Below, piece after piece: positions 50,673 through 60,909 of a DNA stretch of 63,762 nt. Position 1 is the stretch's first letter; each line of letters begins with the position of its first letter. Location: NCBI GenBank assembly GCA_044867345.1, contig JBIOUU010000070.1, positions 1-63,762 of the forward strand, given 5' to 3'. The notes under the pieces are model-generated. The model was not told where the DNA came from, did not search any database, and saw nothing but the letters and a program-made list of their open reading frames with translations. The position numbers and the translations under genes were made by a program. This stretch comes from Actinomycetota bacterium. GTDB taxonomy: Bacteria; Actinomycetota; UBA4738; HRBIN12.

Positions 50673-51926
50673 TCATCCCACCAGGTGGAGCGATACCCAC
50701 AGGGCCAAGGTCGCAGCAAGGAGCACGGGAGGGACGGTCATCGCCCCCAGTCGCAGGAACTCCGACGTCGGCGGCTCGGCTTGGTGCTGACGAAGCGTCC
50801 GTCGCCACAGGAGGGTGGCCAGCGAACCCACGTACGTGAGGTTCGGTCCGGCGTTCACGCCGATCAGCACGGCCATAACCGGCCCCGGACCAGCCGCGGC
50901 GGCCGCCGGGAGCAGCAGCAGGACCGCGGGGAGATTGTTGATCGCGTTGGCGAGGACGGCTCCCATTGCCGCCAGCACGAGCAGCGACCACAGGGACGAT
51001 CCGTGGGGGACCACCCGGTCCACGACGCTCCCCAAGCCGCGGAACGAGACGGCCCGCACGACCAGCCCCAGCGAGAGCACGAAGGCGAGGAAGGGTACGT
51101 CAACCGCACGCACGACATGCCGAAGCGACGCTTTCCCCCGTCGCACGGCCGGGACCGTGAGCGCTATGGCCCCGACGGCCGCGGCGAACGCCGGGTCGAC
51201 GTGCACGATCGAGGTGACGAAGAAGCCGAGAAGCGTGAGCCCGATCACGGTAACCGGGTAGACGGGCACACGACCAGGAGGCTCGACCTCCTCCCTCATA
51301 CCCCGGCCCACGAGGTCGCTGGCGAAGAACCGGCGGAGGGTCAGCCACTCGATACCGATGGCCGCGATCCAGGGCAGAGTCATGATCGCTCCGAACCTGA
51401 GGAACGAAAGCCCGCTCGCTCGGTACGCCAACAGGTTCGTCAGGTTCGACACCGGGAGCAGGAGCGACGCGGAGTTCGCGAGATGCGTGCATGCGTAGAC
51501 GTGCGGTCGGGGCCGCAGGCGAAGGCGCACAGCGGTGGCGAACACGACGGGCGTCAGCAGGACGACGGTCGCGTCCAGGCTCAAGATGGCGGTCACCGTC
51601 GAGCCGACCACGAACACCAGTGCCAGCAGGGGCATCGGCCGCCCGCGTGAGGCCCCTGCCATCCATGCTCCGGCGGCGGTGAAGAGCTCCTCCCGCTCTG
51701 CCATCTCGGCCAGCACCAGAACCGCCGCCAGGAAGGCGATGGTGGGCCCGAGGCTTCGGGCCTCATCGGCCGCCTGGCTGAACGGCAGGATGCCGAGGGC
51801 CACCGCCAGGCCAGCCGCGGGCACGGCCGCCACAGCCTCAGGAAGCCTCCCTGGCCGCACGACGGCGAAGATGAGGGTCGTCATGAGGAGAGCGATCGCA
51901 ATGGCCTCGGCCAGCGCGCCGGGCAC
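50673..51926 (-). CDS. ArsB/NhaD-superfamily ion transporter (arsenical-pump-like permease)
   Basis: 417 aa. It is a polytopic protein whose N- and C-terminal halves share similar hydrophobic patterns, and it contains INNLPAVLLLLP. Confidence 0.6.
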   Translation of the reverse strand: MPGALAEAIAIALLMTTLIFAVVRPGRLPEAVAAVPAAGLAVALGILPFSQAADEARSLGPTIAFLAAVLVLAEMAEREELFTAAGAWMAGASRGRPMPLLALVFVVGSTVTAILSLDATVVLLTPVVFATAVRLRLRPRPHVYACTHLANSASLLLPVSNLTNLLAYRASGLSFLRFGAIMTLPWIAAIGIEWLTLRRFFASDLVGRGMREEVEPPGRVPVYPVTVIGLTLLGFFVTSIVHVDPAFAAAVGAIALTVPAVRRGKASLRHVVRAVDVPFLAFVLSLGLVVRAVSFRGLGSVVDRVVPHGSSLWSLLVLAAMGAVLANAINNLPAVLLLLPAAAAAGPGPVMAVLIGVNAGPNLTYVGSLATLLWRRTLRQHQAEPPTSEFLRLGAMTVPPVLLAATLALWVSLHLVG

Positions 51927-52144
51927 GGCCGTCAGCTTCGCCTGATGGGCCGAGGTTGGGGCGGCGCGTCATGCTCCCCTGACCGCTGAACGACCGGCTG
52001 CACGAGGCGACTCTATCGTCCGTCCCGGACCCGAATCGAAACCGGTGACGCCCGTTCGAGAGAACCGTGCCGGATAGGAAGCTTCGTGTTTTTCGGGCCA
52101 GGTCGTGATTGACACCCGCGCCCGGCGGTCCATACCGTGCGGGA

Positions 52145-52759
52145 GTGAAGGCGCGGGTGGCGGTGCTGGCCTCCGGCAAGGGGACCAACCTCCAGGCGCT
52201 GATGGACGATCCCATCGTCGGCCCATGGATCGTCCTCGTTGTCTCGGACCGGACCCACGCGTTCGCCCTCGAGCGAGCGCGAACGAGGAACGTGAAGGCA
52301 GTCGTCCTCGATCCCGACGCGCATGCCGATCGCGCGGCATACGACCACGCGCTTCGGGAGGTGCTCGAGTCCGAGCGCATCGACTGTGTCGCCCTGGCCG
52401 GGTTCATGCGGATCGTCGGGCCGGAGGTGGTGGACGCCTTCCGGGGCCGGATCCTGAACGTCCATCCGGCCCTCCTCCCGTCGTTCGCGGGGGCTCACGC
52501 GGTCGCGGACGCACTCGCGTGGGGAGTCAAGGTCACCGGCGTCACCGTCCACCTGGTGGACGAGGAGGTGGACCACGGGCCGATCGTGGCGCAGGAGCCG
52601 GTGGCGGTCCGCACCGACGATGATTGGGACACACTGGAGTCGCGCATCCACGGGGCCGAGCACCGTTTGCTCCCGGCGGCCGTCCGCGCACTGGTGGAGG
52701 GCCGTGTGAAGGTCGAGGGTCGGGTGGTGCACGTGCTGGGGGAGCCCGGCGTTGGGTGA
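52145..52759 (+). CDS. purN: Phosphoribosylglycinamide formyltransferase
   Basis: It contains VAVLASGKGTNLQAL, NVHPALLPSFAG, and VHLVDEEVDHGPIV. The start is GTG 52145 (alternative TTG 52109). Confidence 0.9.
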   Translation: MKARVAVLASGKGTNLQALMDDPIVGPWIVLVVSDRTHAFALERARTRNVKAVVLDPDAHADRAAYDHALREVLESERIDCVALAGFMRIVGPEVVDAFRGRILNVHPALLPSFAGAHAVADALAWGVKVTGVTVHLVDEEVDHGPIVAQEPVAVRTDDDWDTLESRIHGAEHRLLPAAVRALVEGRVKVEGRVVHVLGEPGVG

Positions 52760-54290
52760 TGTTCGTCCGGTTCGGCGGGCGCTGCTGGCCGTCTACGACA
52801 AGACCGGCCTCGTCGAGCTGGCGAAGGAGCTGGCGGACCAGGACGTGGCGCTCGTGTCGTCCGGCGGAACGGCCCAGGCCCTCCATGACGCGGGGATCGC
52901 GGTCACGCCCGTCGAGCAGGTGACCGGGTTCCCCGAGATGCTCGGCGGCCGGGTGAAGACCCTGCACCCGAAGATCCACGCGGGCATCCTGGCGGACCAG
53001 CGGAAGCCCGAGCACGTCGAGGAGCTCCAGGCCCAGGCGATCGAGCCCTTCGACCTCGTCGTGGTGAACCTGTATCCGTTCCGTGAGACGGTGGCGGGAG
53101 GCGCGCCGGCGGACGAGATCATCGAGAAGATTGACATCGGCGGGCCGGCCATGGTGCGCGCGGCGGCCAAGAACTTCGAATCGGTCGGCATCCTCGTGTC
53201 GCCCGAGCGATACCCGAGGGTCCTCGAGGAGGTCCGCCGGGAAGGCGGACTGACCCGGGAGACCCGACGGGAGCTTGCCGCCGAGGCGTTCTCCCACACG
53301 GCGGCGTACGACGCGGCGGTGGCGGGGTGGTTCGCGGCGAGAGAGGGAGCCCTCCCCAGCTTCGTTGGCCTCGCCCTTCGAAAGGTCGAGGACCTTCGGT
53401 ACGGCGAGAACCCCCATCAGCGCGGCGCCCTGTACGAGGAGGTGGCCGGGGCCGGTCCGCTTGCGGGTGCCCGCGTCCTGCTCGAGGGGAAGGAGATGTC
53501 GTTCAACAACTGGCTCGACGTGCATGCCGCGCACTCGCTCGCGACCGTGCTGCCATCCCCGGCAGCGGTGATCGTGAAGCACAACAACCCGTGTGGCGCG
53601 GCGGTCTCCGCCTCGTTGCCGAAGGCGTACGCGCGGGCCTTCGAGTGCGACACGGTGTCCGCGTTCGGCGGCATCGTGGCTTTCAACCAGGAGGCTGGGG
53701 AGGACGCGGCGGATGCGATGGGGGAGGTGTTCACCGAAGTGGTCGTGGCTCCGGGGTTCACGGACGCCGCGCTCGACGCCTTCGGCGTCCGGAAGAACCT
53801 CCGGGTCGTGCAGGTGCCGGAGCCGACGGACGGCGGCCTCGACATCCGGCCCCTTCCCGGCGGGGCGCTCATCCAGGACCGTGACGTCCCGAATGAGACC
53901 CGGGGCCAGATGGAGGTCGTCTCCGCCCGAGAGCCGAGCCGAGATGAATGGCGAGACCTCGCGATCGCCTGGACCGTGGCGGCGCACGTGAAATCGAACG
54001 CCATCGTGTTCGCCAAGGACGGGGCGACCGTCGGGATCGGGGCCGGACAGATGTCGCGGGTCGATGCGTCATGGATCGCCGTCCGAAAGGCGGGTGACCG
54101 GGCGAAGGGCGCGGCGATGGCGAGCGACGCGTTCTTCCCCTTCCCCGACGCTCTGGAGGTGGCCGCCGATGCCGGTGTGACGGCGGTGATCCATCCGGGA
54201 GGGTCGGTCCGCGATGAGGACGTGCTTGCGGCGGCGGAGACGCGTGGCATGGCGGTCGTCGTCACCGGCCGCCGGCACTTTCGGCACTGA
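52752..54290 (+). CDS. purH: Bifunctional AICAR transformylase / IMP cyclohydrolase
   Basis: It contains ALLAVYDKTGLVELAKEL, VKTLHPKIHAGIL and KHNNPCG, and the C-terminus is RHFRH. It uses a TTG start that overlaps the purN 3' end. Confidence 0.95.
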   Translation: MGDVRPVRRALLAVYDKTGLVELAKELADQDVALVSSGGTAQALHDAGIAVTPVEQVTGFPEMLGGRVKTLHPKIHAGILADQRKPEHVEELQAQAIEPFDLVVVNLYPFRETVAGGAPADEIIEKIDIGGPAMVRAAAKNFESVGILVSPERYPRVLEEVRREGGLTRETRRELAAEAFSHTAAYDAAVAGWFAAREGALPSFVGLALRKVEDLRYGENPHQRGALYEEVAGAGPLAGARVLLEGKEMSFNNWLDVHAAHSLATVLPSPAAVIVKHNNPCGAAVSASLPKAYARAFECDTVSAFGGIVAFNQEAGEDAADAMGEVFTEVVVAPGFTDAALDAFGVRKNLRVVQVPEPTDGGLDIRPLPGGALIQDRDVPNETRGQMEVVSAREPSRDEWRDLAIAWTVAAHVKSNAIVFAKDGATVGIGAGQMSRVDASWIAVRKAGDRAKGAAMASDAFFPFPDALEVAADAGVTAVIHPGGSVRDEDVLAAAETRGMAVVVTGRRHFRH

Positions 54291-54342
54291 TCGGTGGCGG
54301 CCTGCCGCTTCGCTCCGGGAGGGCCCGAGTAGGATTCCCGCC

Positions 54343-55209
54343 GTGACGGCGTCCATCATCGACGGCAGGGCCATCGCCGGCCAGATCCGCTCCGAGGTGG
54401 CGCAGCGGGTCATGGCCCTCGTCGATGACGGGGTGCAGCCGGGCCTGGCCGCGGTATTGGTTGGCGAGGACGAGGCCTCCCACATCTACGTGTCCACCAA
54501 GCAGAAGGCCTGCGCGGACGTGGGGATCCGCTCCGAGCAGGTCAACCTGCCGGCCTTCGTGACGGAGGGGGAGTTGCTCGCCGCCATCCGCCGGCTGAAC
54601 CGGGATCCTCAGATCCACGGCGTGATCGTGCAGCTACCCATGCCGCGTCACATCTCCGAGCTCCGCGCCCAGACGGCAATCGATCCGTCCAAGGACGTCG
54701 ATGGGCTCCACCCCATGAATGTAGGGCTCATGGTCCGAGGGGAGCCGGCCTTCCCCCCGGCGACGCCCTACGGGATCGTCGAGCTGTTGCTTCGCTCCGG
54801 CGTGCAGCTCGACGGCGCCGAGGTCGTGGTGGTGGGGTACGGGGAGCTGGTGGGAGCTCCGCTGTCGATCATGCTGGCGCAGGATTCCATCCGGGGGAAC
54901 GCCACCGTCACCATCAGCCACGTCAGGACCCGCAACCTCGCCACCCACACCCGGCGGGCGGACATCCTCGTCGCGGCTGCGGGCGTCGCGGGGCTGATCA
55001 CCGCCAACATGGTGAAGCCGGGGGCGGTCGTCGTGGACGTGGGGGTCCATCGCACGGACGCCGGCCTCATCGGCGACGTTCGGTTCGACGAGGTCAAGGA
55101 GATCGCCGGGATGATCACGCCGGTGCCGGGCGGCGTGGGCCCGATGACCGTCGCCATGCTGCTCGTGAACACCGTGACCGCCGCCGAGCTCCTGACCGAG
55201 AAGCGTTGA
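54343..55209 (+). CDS. folD: Bifunctional methylenetetrahydrofolate dehydrogenase / methenyl-THF cyclohydrolase
   Basis: It contains IIDGRAIAGQIRSEV, SHIYVSTKQKAC, and TPVPGGVGPMTVAMLL. Confidence 0.93.
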   Translation: MTASIIDGRAIAGQIRSEVAQRVMALVDDGVQPGLAAVLVGEDEASHIYVSTKQKACADVGIRSEQVNLPAFVTEGELLAAIRRLNRDPQIHGVIVQLPMPRHISELRAQTAIDPSKDVDGLHPMNVGLMVRGEPAFPPATPYGIVELLLRSGVQLDGAEVVVVGYGELVGAPLSIMLAQDSIRGNATVTISHVRTRNLATHTRRADILVAAAGVAGLITANMVKPGAVVVDVGVHRTDAGLIGDVRFDEVKEIAGMITPVPGGVGPMTVAMLLVNTVTAAELLTEKR

Positions 55210-56126
55210 TCGAGACGCCCGGTCACCTGGGCCGGATCCTGCGCTCGGGACGGTTCTGCGTGACGGCCGAGGTGGTGCCCCCGCGCTCGGCGGATCCGGC
55301 CCCCGTCGTCGAGCAAGCGAGGGAGCTGGTCGGGTACGCCGACGCGGTCAACGTCACCGACAATCCGGCATCCGCTGCCCACATGGCGCCGCTCGCGGGG
55401 GTGACGGTCGTCGCCGACGCGGGGATCGAGCCCATCCTCCAGCTGACGTGCCGGGACCGGAACCGGCTGGCCCTGACGGCCGACCTGCTCGGGGGGTGGG
55501 CCCTCGGCGCGCGGGCGGTCCTGTGCCTGTCGGGCGACCCAGCGGCCCGTGGGGACCACCCCAACGCGAAGGAGGTCTACGACCTCACGGTGCTCGACCT
55601 CGTCCGCCTCGCGGCGGGCCTCCGCGACGAGGGGCGGCTGCTGTCCGGCGCGACCATCGAGGGGCCGCCCCGGTACCTGATCGGTGTGGCCGACCTGCCG
55701 CTCGCGGAGCGTTACGACCCGGCACGCCTGGAGGCGAAGATCGCCGCCGGGGCCGACTTCGTGCAGACCCAGATCGTCTACGACGTCGAGGCGTTCACGG
55801 CGTGGGTGGATGGGGCCAGGACTCGTGGCGTGTTCGACCGGGTGGCGGTCATCGCCGGAGTGGCTCCCCTCCGGAATGCCAGGCAGGCGCGGCTGGTGGC
55901 GTCGCTTCCCGGCGTGAGCGTACCGGCGGACGTCCTTCGCGCGCTCGAGGAGGCCGGCCCCGATGCGGAGAAGGAGGGCACCCGCCTGGCCATCCTGATC
56001 GTGAACGGGCTCCGAGAGATCCCCGGGCTCGCGGGTGTTCACCTCATGGGTCTTGGACAGGAGTCGGCGGTCCGCCGGGTGGTCGAAGGCGCAGGACTGC
56101 TCCCGCGTCCGGTTGGCCCACCCTAG
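55206..56126 (+). CDS. Methylenetetrahydrofolate reductase (MetF/MTHFR family)
   Basis: FCVTAEVVPPRS, NVTDNP, LQLTCRDRNR and LCLSGD are collinear with MetF landmarks. Its TTG start overlaps the folD stop. Confidence 0.7.
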   Translation: MIETPGHLGRILRSGRFCVTAEVVPPRSADPAPVVEQARELVGYADAVNVTDNPASAAHMAPLAGVTVVADAGIEPILQLTCRDRNRLALTADLLGGWALGARAVLCLSGDPAARGDHPNAKEVYDLTVLDLVRLAAGLRDEGRLLSGATIEGPPRYLIGVADLPLAERYDPARLEAKIAAGADFVQTQIVYDVEAFTAWVDGARTRGVFDRVAVIAGVAPLRNARQARLVASLPGVSVPADVLRALEEAGPDAEKEGTRLAILIVNGLREIPGLAGVHLMGLGQESAVRRVVEGAGLLPRPVGPP

Positions 56127-56156
56127 ACTCCTCGGAACGGGAACGGGGGAGGGAGT

Positions 56157-56600
56157 ATGGCGGAGATCGTCACCATCCAGGGGAAGCAGTACCCGAAGCG
56201 GAATCCGCTCGGCGTGCTGGGACTCACGCTGATCACCCTGGGGATCTACGGGCTCTATTGGTACTACAAGATCAACGAGGAGATCAAGAACTTCACCAAC
56301 GACGAGACGATCAGCCCGGTGCGCTCGCTCATGGCGTTCATCTTCGGCTGGATCATCCTCGTCCCGCCGTTCATCGCCATATACAACACGGCCAAGCATG
56401 TCCAGGAGATGGAACAGCGGGTCGGGGTGCAGCAACAGATCGAGCCCGCGTTGGCCGTCATCTTCATGCTGCTCATCTCGATCGTGAACGGCCTCTACCT
56501 GCAGGAGCACCTGAACCGGGTGTGGGACAGGGCCGCCGGTCAGCAGGCGTCGATCGCGCCCCCGATGCCTCCTCCGCCGCCGGCCATCCCTCCCGGGTAG
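56157..56600 (+). CDS. DUF4234-like small membrane protein with a Pro-rich tail
   Basis: It contains LITLGIYGLYWYYKINEEI. It has two to three TM helices and ends in PPMPPPPPAIPPG. Confidence 0.6.
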   Translation: MAEIVTIQGKQYPKRNPLGVLGLTLITLGIYGLYWYYKINEEIKNFTNDETISPVRSLMAFIFGWIILVPPFIAIYNTAKHVQEMEQRVGVQQQIEPALAVIFMLLISIVNGLYLQEHLNRVWDRAAGQQASIAPPMPPPPPAIPPG

Positions 56601-56629
56601 CGCGCGCGGTCTGGGCGAGCGCCGCCCGC

Positions 56630-57820
56630 TCAGCCGCGGCGATCGATGGGGACGTAGACCTGGTCCCGGGGTCCGACGTACTCGGACTCCGGGCGGATCA
56701 GGCGGTTGTCCGCGTACTGCTCACGCACGTGCGCGGTCCACCCCACCATGCGGGCCAACGCGAAGACCGGCGTCATGAGGTCGGTGGGGATGTCGAGATA
56801 GCGGTACACGCTTGCCGCGAAGAAGTCCACGTTCGGGTGCAACCCCTTCTCCTGGCCCACCACCCGCTCGATCTCGGCCGAGATGTCGAACCACCGCGTG
56901 TCGCCCTTCCGTTCGCCCATCTCTCTGGAGAGTCTCCGCAGATGCGTGGCCCTGGGGTCTTCGGTCTTGTACACGCGGTGCCCGAACCCCATGATCCGCT
57001 CCCGCCGGCCGAGCTTCTCCTTGATGTAGCGCTCGGCATTGGCCGGCTCGCCCACCTCCTCCAGCATCTTCATGGCCTCCTCGTTGGCACCGCCGTGGAG
57101 CGGGCCCTTGAGGGCGGCGATCGCCCCGGTGATCGCGGAGAACATGTCGGACAAGGTGGAGGCGATCACGCGGGCGGTGAACGTGGAGGCGTTCATGGTG
57201 TGGTCCGCGTACAGGATCAACGTGGTGTCCAGGGCCGCGGCGTCGAGCTGCTCCGGTTCCTCTCCGGAGAGCATGTACAGGAAGTTCGCCGCGTGCGGGA
57301 GCTTGGGGTGCGGGGGCACGATGACCTCACCGGTTCGCATCCGGTGGTACATCGCGATCAGCGTCGGGGTCTTCGCGATGAGGCGAACGGCCTTGCGCTC
57401 GTTCGCCTCGGGGCCGTTGTCCCAGCCATCGGGGTCGTACGCGGACGCAGCCGAGATGCCGGTCCGAAGCATCGACATCGGCGACGTCTGCTCGGCCAGG
57501 GTCGGCATCAATCCCTCGAGGAACGGGGAGACCTCTCGCTCGGCGACCAGTCGCTCGGAGAGCTCGTCGAGCTCGGACTCGGTCGGCAGCCGGAGGTTGT
57601 GCAGGAGGTAGGTGACCTCCTCGAAGGTGGAGTTGGTCGCCAGGTCGTGGATGTCGTAGCCGACGTACCATAGCCGCCCCTGCTTGCCGTCGACGTCAGA
57701 CAGCCTGGTCGATGCGGCGATGACCTCTTCCAATCCCCTCTGCGGCACCGCCCTACCCCGATCTTGAACGGTGGTCGAGACCCACCTCTCAACAAGGGTA
57801 CCGCGCCGCACGCGACGCAC
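56630..57820 (-). CDS. Citrate synthase (short, about 375-aa type)
   Basis: It contains [47 protein letters not shown], and [13 protein letters not shown]. The start is uncertain (GTG 57820 or GTG 57748). Confidence 0.9.
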   Translation of the reverse strand: MRRVRRGTLVERWVSTTVQDRGRAVPQRGLEEVIAASTRLSDVDGKQGRLWYVGYDIHDLATNSTFEEVTYLLHNLRLPTESELDELSERLVAEREVSPFLEGLMPTLAEQTSPMSMLRTGISAASAYDPDGWDNGPEANERKAVRLIAKTPTLIAMYHRMRTGEVIVPPHPKLPHAANFLYMLSGEEPEQLDAAALDTTLILYADHTMNASTFTARVIASTLSDMFSAITGAIAALKGPLHGGANEEAMKMLEEVGEPANAERYIKEKLGRRERIMGFGHRVYKTEDPRATHLRRLSREMGERKGDTRWFDISAEIERVVGQEKGLHPNVDFFAASVYRYLDIPTDLMTPVFALARMVGWTAHVREQYADNRLIRPESEYVGPRDQVYVPIDRRG

Positions 57821-57915
57821 TCTGCCCGCCCAGCGCGGGGACGTCTACCGGCCGCGCTGGCAGAATGGGGCCACCCGGGAATCGGGGACGCCCACGACCT
57901 TCGAAGGAGTCGAGC

Positions 57916-59001
57916 ATGGCGACGTACCGCGTGACGCTCATCCCTGGAGACGGCGTCGGCCCCGAGCTGTCGGAGGCCACCCGCCGGGTCCTGGAGGCGA
58001 CCGGGGTCGGGTTCGACTGGGACGTCCAGGAGGCCGGCGCCGACGTCGTGGAACGGTACGGCACGCCCCTTCCCGACCCCGTCCTGGAGTCGATCCGGCG
58101 GAACCGGGTGGCCATCAAGGGCCCCATCACCACCCCGGTGGGCAGCGGCTTTCGGAGCGTGAACGTGGCCCTTCGAAAGGAGCTCGACCTGTACGCCTGC
58201 CTCAGGCCCTGCAAGTGGTACCGGGGCGTGCGATCCCGGTACGAGGACGTGGACGTCGTCATCGTCCGGGAGAACACCGAGGACCTATACGCGGGGATCG
58301 AGTTCGAGGAGGGATCGCCCGGAGCGAAGGAGCTGATCGAGTTCATCGCCGAGAAGACCGGAAAGCGCATCCGGGACGACGCCGGTATCTCGATCAAGCC
58401 GATCTCGGTCTGGGGAACGGAGCGCATCGTCCGGTTCGCCTTCGACTACGCGCGGACCTATGGCCGAACGAAGGTCACCGCGGTGCACAAGGCGAACATC
58501 ATGAAATTCACGGACGGGCTGTTCCTGGAGACGGCGCGACGGGTGGCCGAAGGCTACGCGGACGTCGGTTTCGACGACCGCATCGTGGACAACCTCACGA
58601 TGCAGCTGGTCCAGCGACCCGAGGAATACGACGTCCTCGTCTTACCGAACCTGTACGGCGACATCATCTCCGACCTGTGCGCCGGCCTCATCGGCGGCCT
58701 CGGCGTGGCGCCCGGCGCGAACATCGGGGAGGAGGCGGCCGTCTTCGAGGCCACGCATGGGAGCGCACCGAAGTACAAGGGCATGAACAAGGCGAACCCG
58801 ATGGCCATGATGCTGTCCGGGGTCCTGATGCTTCGGCATCTGGGGGAGACGGAGGCCGCGGACCGGCTGGAGTCCGCCATCGCGGCCGTGATCGCCGAAG
58901 GGCAGTCGGTGACCTACGACATGAAACCGAGCCGCGACGACCCGACCGCCGTCGGCACGTCACAGGTCGCCGACGCGGTCATCGAGAAGCTTCAGGCCTG
59001 A
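57916..59001 (+). CDS. NAD-type isocitrate dehydrogenase-like enzyme (isocitrate/isopropylmalate dehydrogenase family)
   Basis: It contains [53 protein letters not shown], and NLYGDIISD. The RBS GAAGGAG precedes ATG 57916. Confidence 0.85.
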   Translation: MATYRVTLIPGDGVGPELSEATRRVLEATGVGFDWDVQEAGADVVERYGTPLPDPVLESIRRNRVAIKGPITTPVGSGFRSVNVALRKELDLYACLRPCKWYRGVRSRYEDVDVVIVRENTEDLYAGIEFEEGSPGAKELIEFIAEKTGKRIRDDAGISIKPISVWGTERIVRFAFDYARTYGRTKVTAVHKANIMKFTDGLFLETARRVAEGYADVGFDDRIVDNLTMQLVQRPEEYDVLVLPNLYGDIISDLCAGLIGGLGVAPGANIGEEAAVFEATHGSAPKYKGMNKANPMAMMLSGVLMLRHLGETEAADRLESAIAAVIAEGQSVTYDMKPSRDDPTAVGTSQVADAVIEKLQA

Positions 59002-59002
59002 C

Positions 59003-59926
59003 ATGCGGGTGACCATCGTCGGGAGTGGGTTCGTGGGCCAGACCACCGCGATGCGCGTGGTGGAGAAGGGGCTGGCCGAGGTGGTCCTCATCGACATCGT
59101 CGAGGGGCTGCCACAGGGACTGGCCCTCGACATCAAGGAGTCCTCGCCGATCGAGGGGTTCGAGCCGAACGTCATCGGGACGAACGACTACGCCGACACG
59201 GCCGGATCGGACGTGGTGGTCATCACCGCCGGGTTCCCCAGGCAGCCCGGCATGAGCCGCATGGACCTCCTGGGCAAGAACGCCGCGGTGGTCCGCGACG
59301 TCGTGGAGAACGTGGCGCCGGGATCGCCCAACGCCGTCATCGTCGTGGTCACCAACCCCCTCGACGAGATGACGTTCCTGGCGTCGGAGGTGTCGGGGTT
59401 CCCCAAGCGGCGCGTCGTGGGGATGGCCGGGGTGCTCGATTCGGCGCGGCTGCGGTACTTCATCGCCGAGGAGCTCGGGGTGTCGCCGTCCTCGGTCGAG
59501 GCCATGACGCTCGGCTCCCACGGAGAGTCGATGGTCCCCTTGCCTCGCCACGCGATGGTGCGCGGCAAGCCGTTGACCGAGCTGGTGGACCAGGGCACGC
59601 TAGAGCGCCTGTATCAGCGAACCCGCGACGCCGGTGCCGAGATCGTCGCGCTGCTGAAGAAGGGGAGCGCCTATTACGGCCCCTCCGCCGCCATCACCCG
59701 GATGGTCGGGGCCATCGCACGGGGCGAACGCGACGTGCTTCCCGCGTGCGCGTGGTGCGAGGGCCAGTACGGGATCCGCGACGTCTACGTCGGGGTCCCA
59801 GTGCGACTGTCCGCTTCGGGCGTCGAGGAGATCGTGGAGCTCGACCTCAACGAGGCAGAGGTTGGGGCGCTTCGCGCCGCTGCCGAAGGCATCCGCGCGA
59901 AGTGCGCCGACCTGGCGAAGCTGTAG
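59003..59926 (+). CDS. mdh: Malate dehydrogenase (LDH-like type)
   Basis: It contains MRVTIVGSGFVGQTTA, ITAGFPRQPGMSR, and GSHGESMVP. It starts 1 nt after the stop of the IDH-like gene. Confidence 0.92.
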   Translation: MRVTIVGSGFVGQTTAMRVVEKGLAEVVLIDIVEGLPQGLALDIKESSPIEGFEPNVIGTNDYADTAGSDVVVITAGFPRQPGMSRMDLLGKNAAVVRDVVENVAPGSPNAVIVVVTNPLDEMTFLASEVSGFPKRRVVGMAGVLDSARLRYFIAEELGVSPSSVEAMTLGSHGESMVPLPRHAMVRGKPLTELVDQGTLERLYQRTRDAGAEIVALLKKGSAYYGPSAAITRMVGAIARGERDVLPACAWCEGQYGIRDVYVGVPVRLSASGVEEIVELDLNEAEVGALRAAAEGIRAKCADLAKL

Positions 59927-59993
59927 CGCACAGGCCGCGCGGGCCCTCGGCGTATGATTCGGCGGTTCTCCTCGCCTGAAGGGGGTTGCCCTC

Positions 59994-60866
59994 ATGGCTT
60001 TGCGGCCTCGTTCGTTCACCTCCATCCACGCGGCGGTCCTGGCCGCCGCCCTTCTCGTCGGAGCCACGTTCGGTTTCGTCGCTTCCGGGATCGGGGTCGG
60101 CTCGGCCACCCCGAAACCCGATCGAGCGGCCTCCGCACCGCCGGGCTTCGCCAAGGTCGTGTTCCTCAGCCACCTGAACGACCCCACGCGGACGCCCGGG
60201 TTCCCCGGGGACCCGAGGTTCAAGACCGACGTGGCCTTCACGGTCCCTCGCGACGGGTTCTACCTCCAGTACGTGCACGAAGGGGAACACACGGGCACGC
60301 ACTGGGGAGCGCCCTGCCACTTCCACGTCGGCGCGGCCTGTGCGGGCCAGCTCGCGGCTGAGGACATGGTGCTCCCCGCCGTGGTCGTGGACATCCGGAC
60401 GAAGCGCCGTGCGAACGTCGACTACCGGGCGACAGTGGCCGACCTCGAGGCCTGGGTCGCGACGTATGGACCGATGCCGGAGGGCGCGGCGGTCATCCTG
60501 CGGACCGGCTGCGACCGCTGGTGGGGCCCCGACGCGAGCCCCACCCACCGCACCTATTACAACTGCGGCACGGGCAAGCGGGGATTCCACCAGCCGGGAT
60601 TCTCTCTCAACGCCGTGCGATGGTTGATCGAGCAGGGCGTGCTGGCCGACCGCGGAGCGCTGGGAACCGATACGTTCGGGCCCGATCCAGGGACGGACGC
60701 CTCGTTCCGGGAGAGCTCGCTGGTGTTCCACCGGCACCGGATCGACCTGGAGAACCTCACCAACCTCGCGTCGCTTCCGCCGTCGGGGGCGTGGATCTTG
60801 GTGGGTGGCCCTCGGAACCTTCGCGGCTCGGGATCCCCGGCCACAATCTTCGGACTCGTTCCGTGA
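59994..60866 (+). CDS. Exported cyclase-family (kynurenine-formamidase-like) protein
   Basis: It has a signal/TM segment at the N-terminus. The motif HTGTHWGAPCH corresponds to the family signature HxGTHxDxPxH, with Gly at the Asp position. Confidence 0.6.
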   Translation: MALRPRSFTSIHAAVLAAALLVGATFGFVASGIGVGSATPKPDRAASAPPGFAKVVFLSHLNDPTRTPGFPGDPRFKTDVAFTVPRDGFYLQYVHEGEHTGTHWGAPCHFHVGAACAGQLAAEDMVLPAVVVDIRTKRRANVDYRATVADLEAWVATYGPMPEGAAVILRTGCDRWWGPDASPTHRTYYNCGTGKRGFHQPGFSLNAVRWLIEQGVLADRGALGTDTFGPDPGTDASFRESSLVFHRHRIDLENLTNLASLPPSGAWILVGGPRNLRGSGSPATIFGLVP

Positions 60867-60909
60867 GGGCCCGGTCGTCGGGAACGACTTGGTCAGGGGG
60901 GTGGTCCCC

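Noticed and set aside
52040-52144. A possible ZTP (pfl) riboswitch might lie upstream of purN-purH-folD. The segment CCAGGTCGTGATTGAC faintly resembles the GGGUCGUGACUGGCG core.
   Set aside because: I could not find the downstream CCGCCUGGGC pseudoknot partner or the conserved GGGA/ACCGGG elements. The candidate lies only about 40 nt from the likely start codon, which is too short for the full motif. A cmsearch with RF01750 would settle it.
56157-56600. The DUF4234-like gene has visibly lower GC, which might indicate horizontal transfer.
   Set aside because: Third codon positions remain G/C-rich. The lower GC comes from the Ile/Tyr/Asn/Lys-rich amino-acid composition, not from foreign codon usage.
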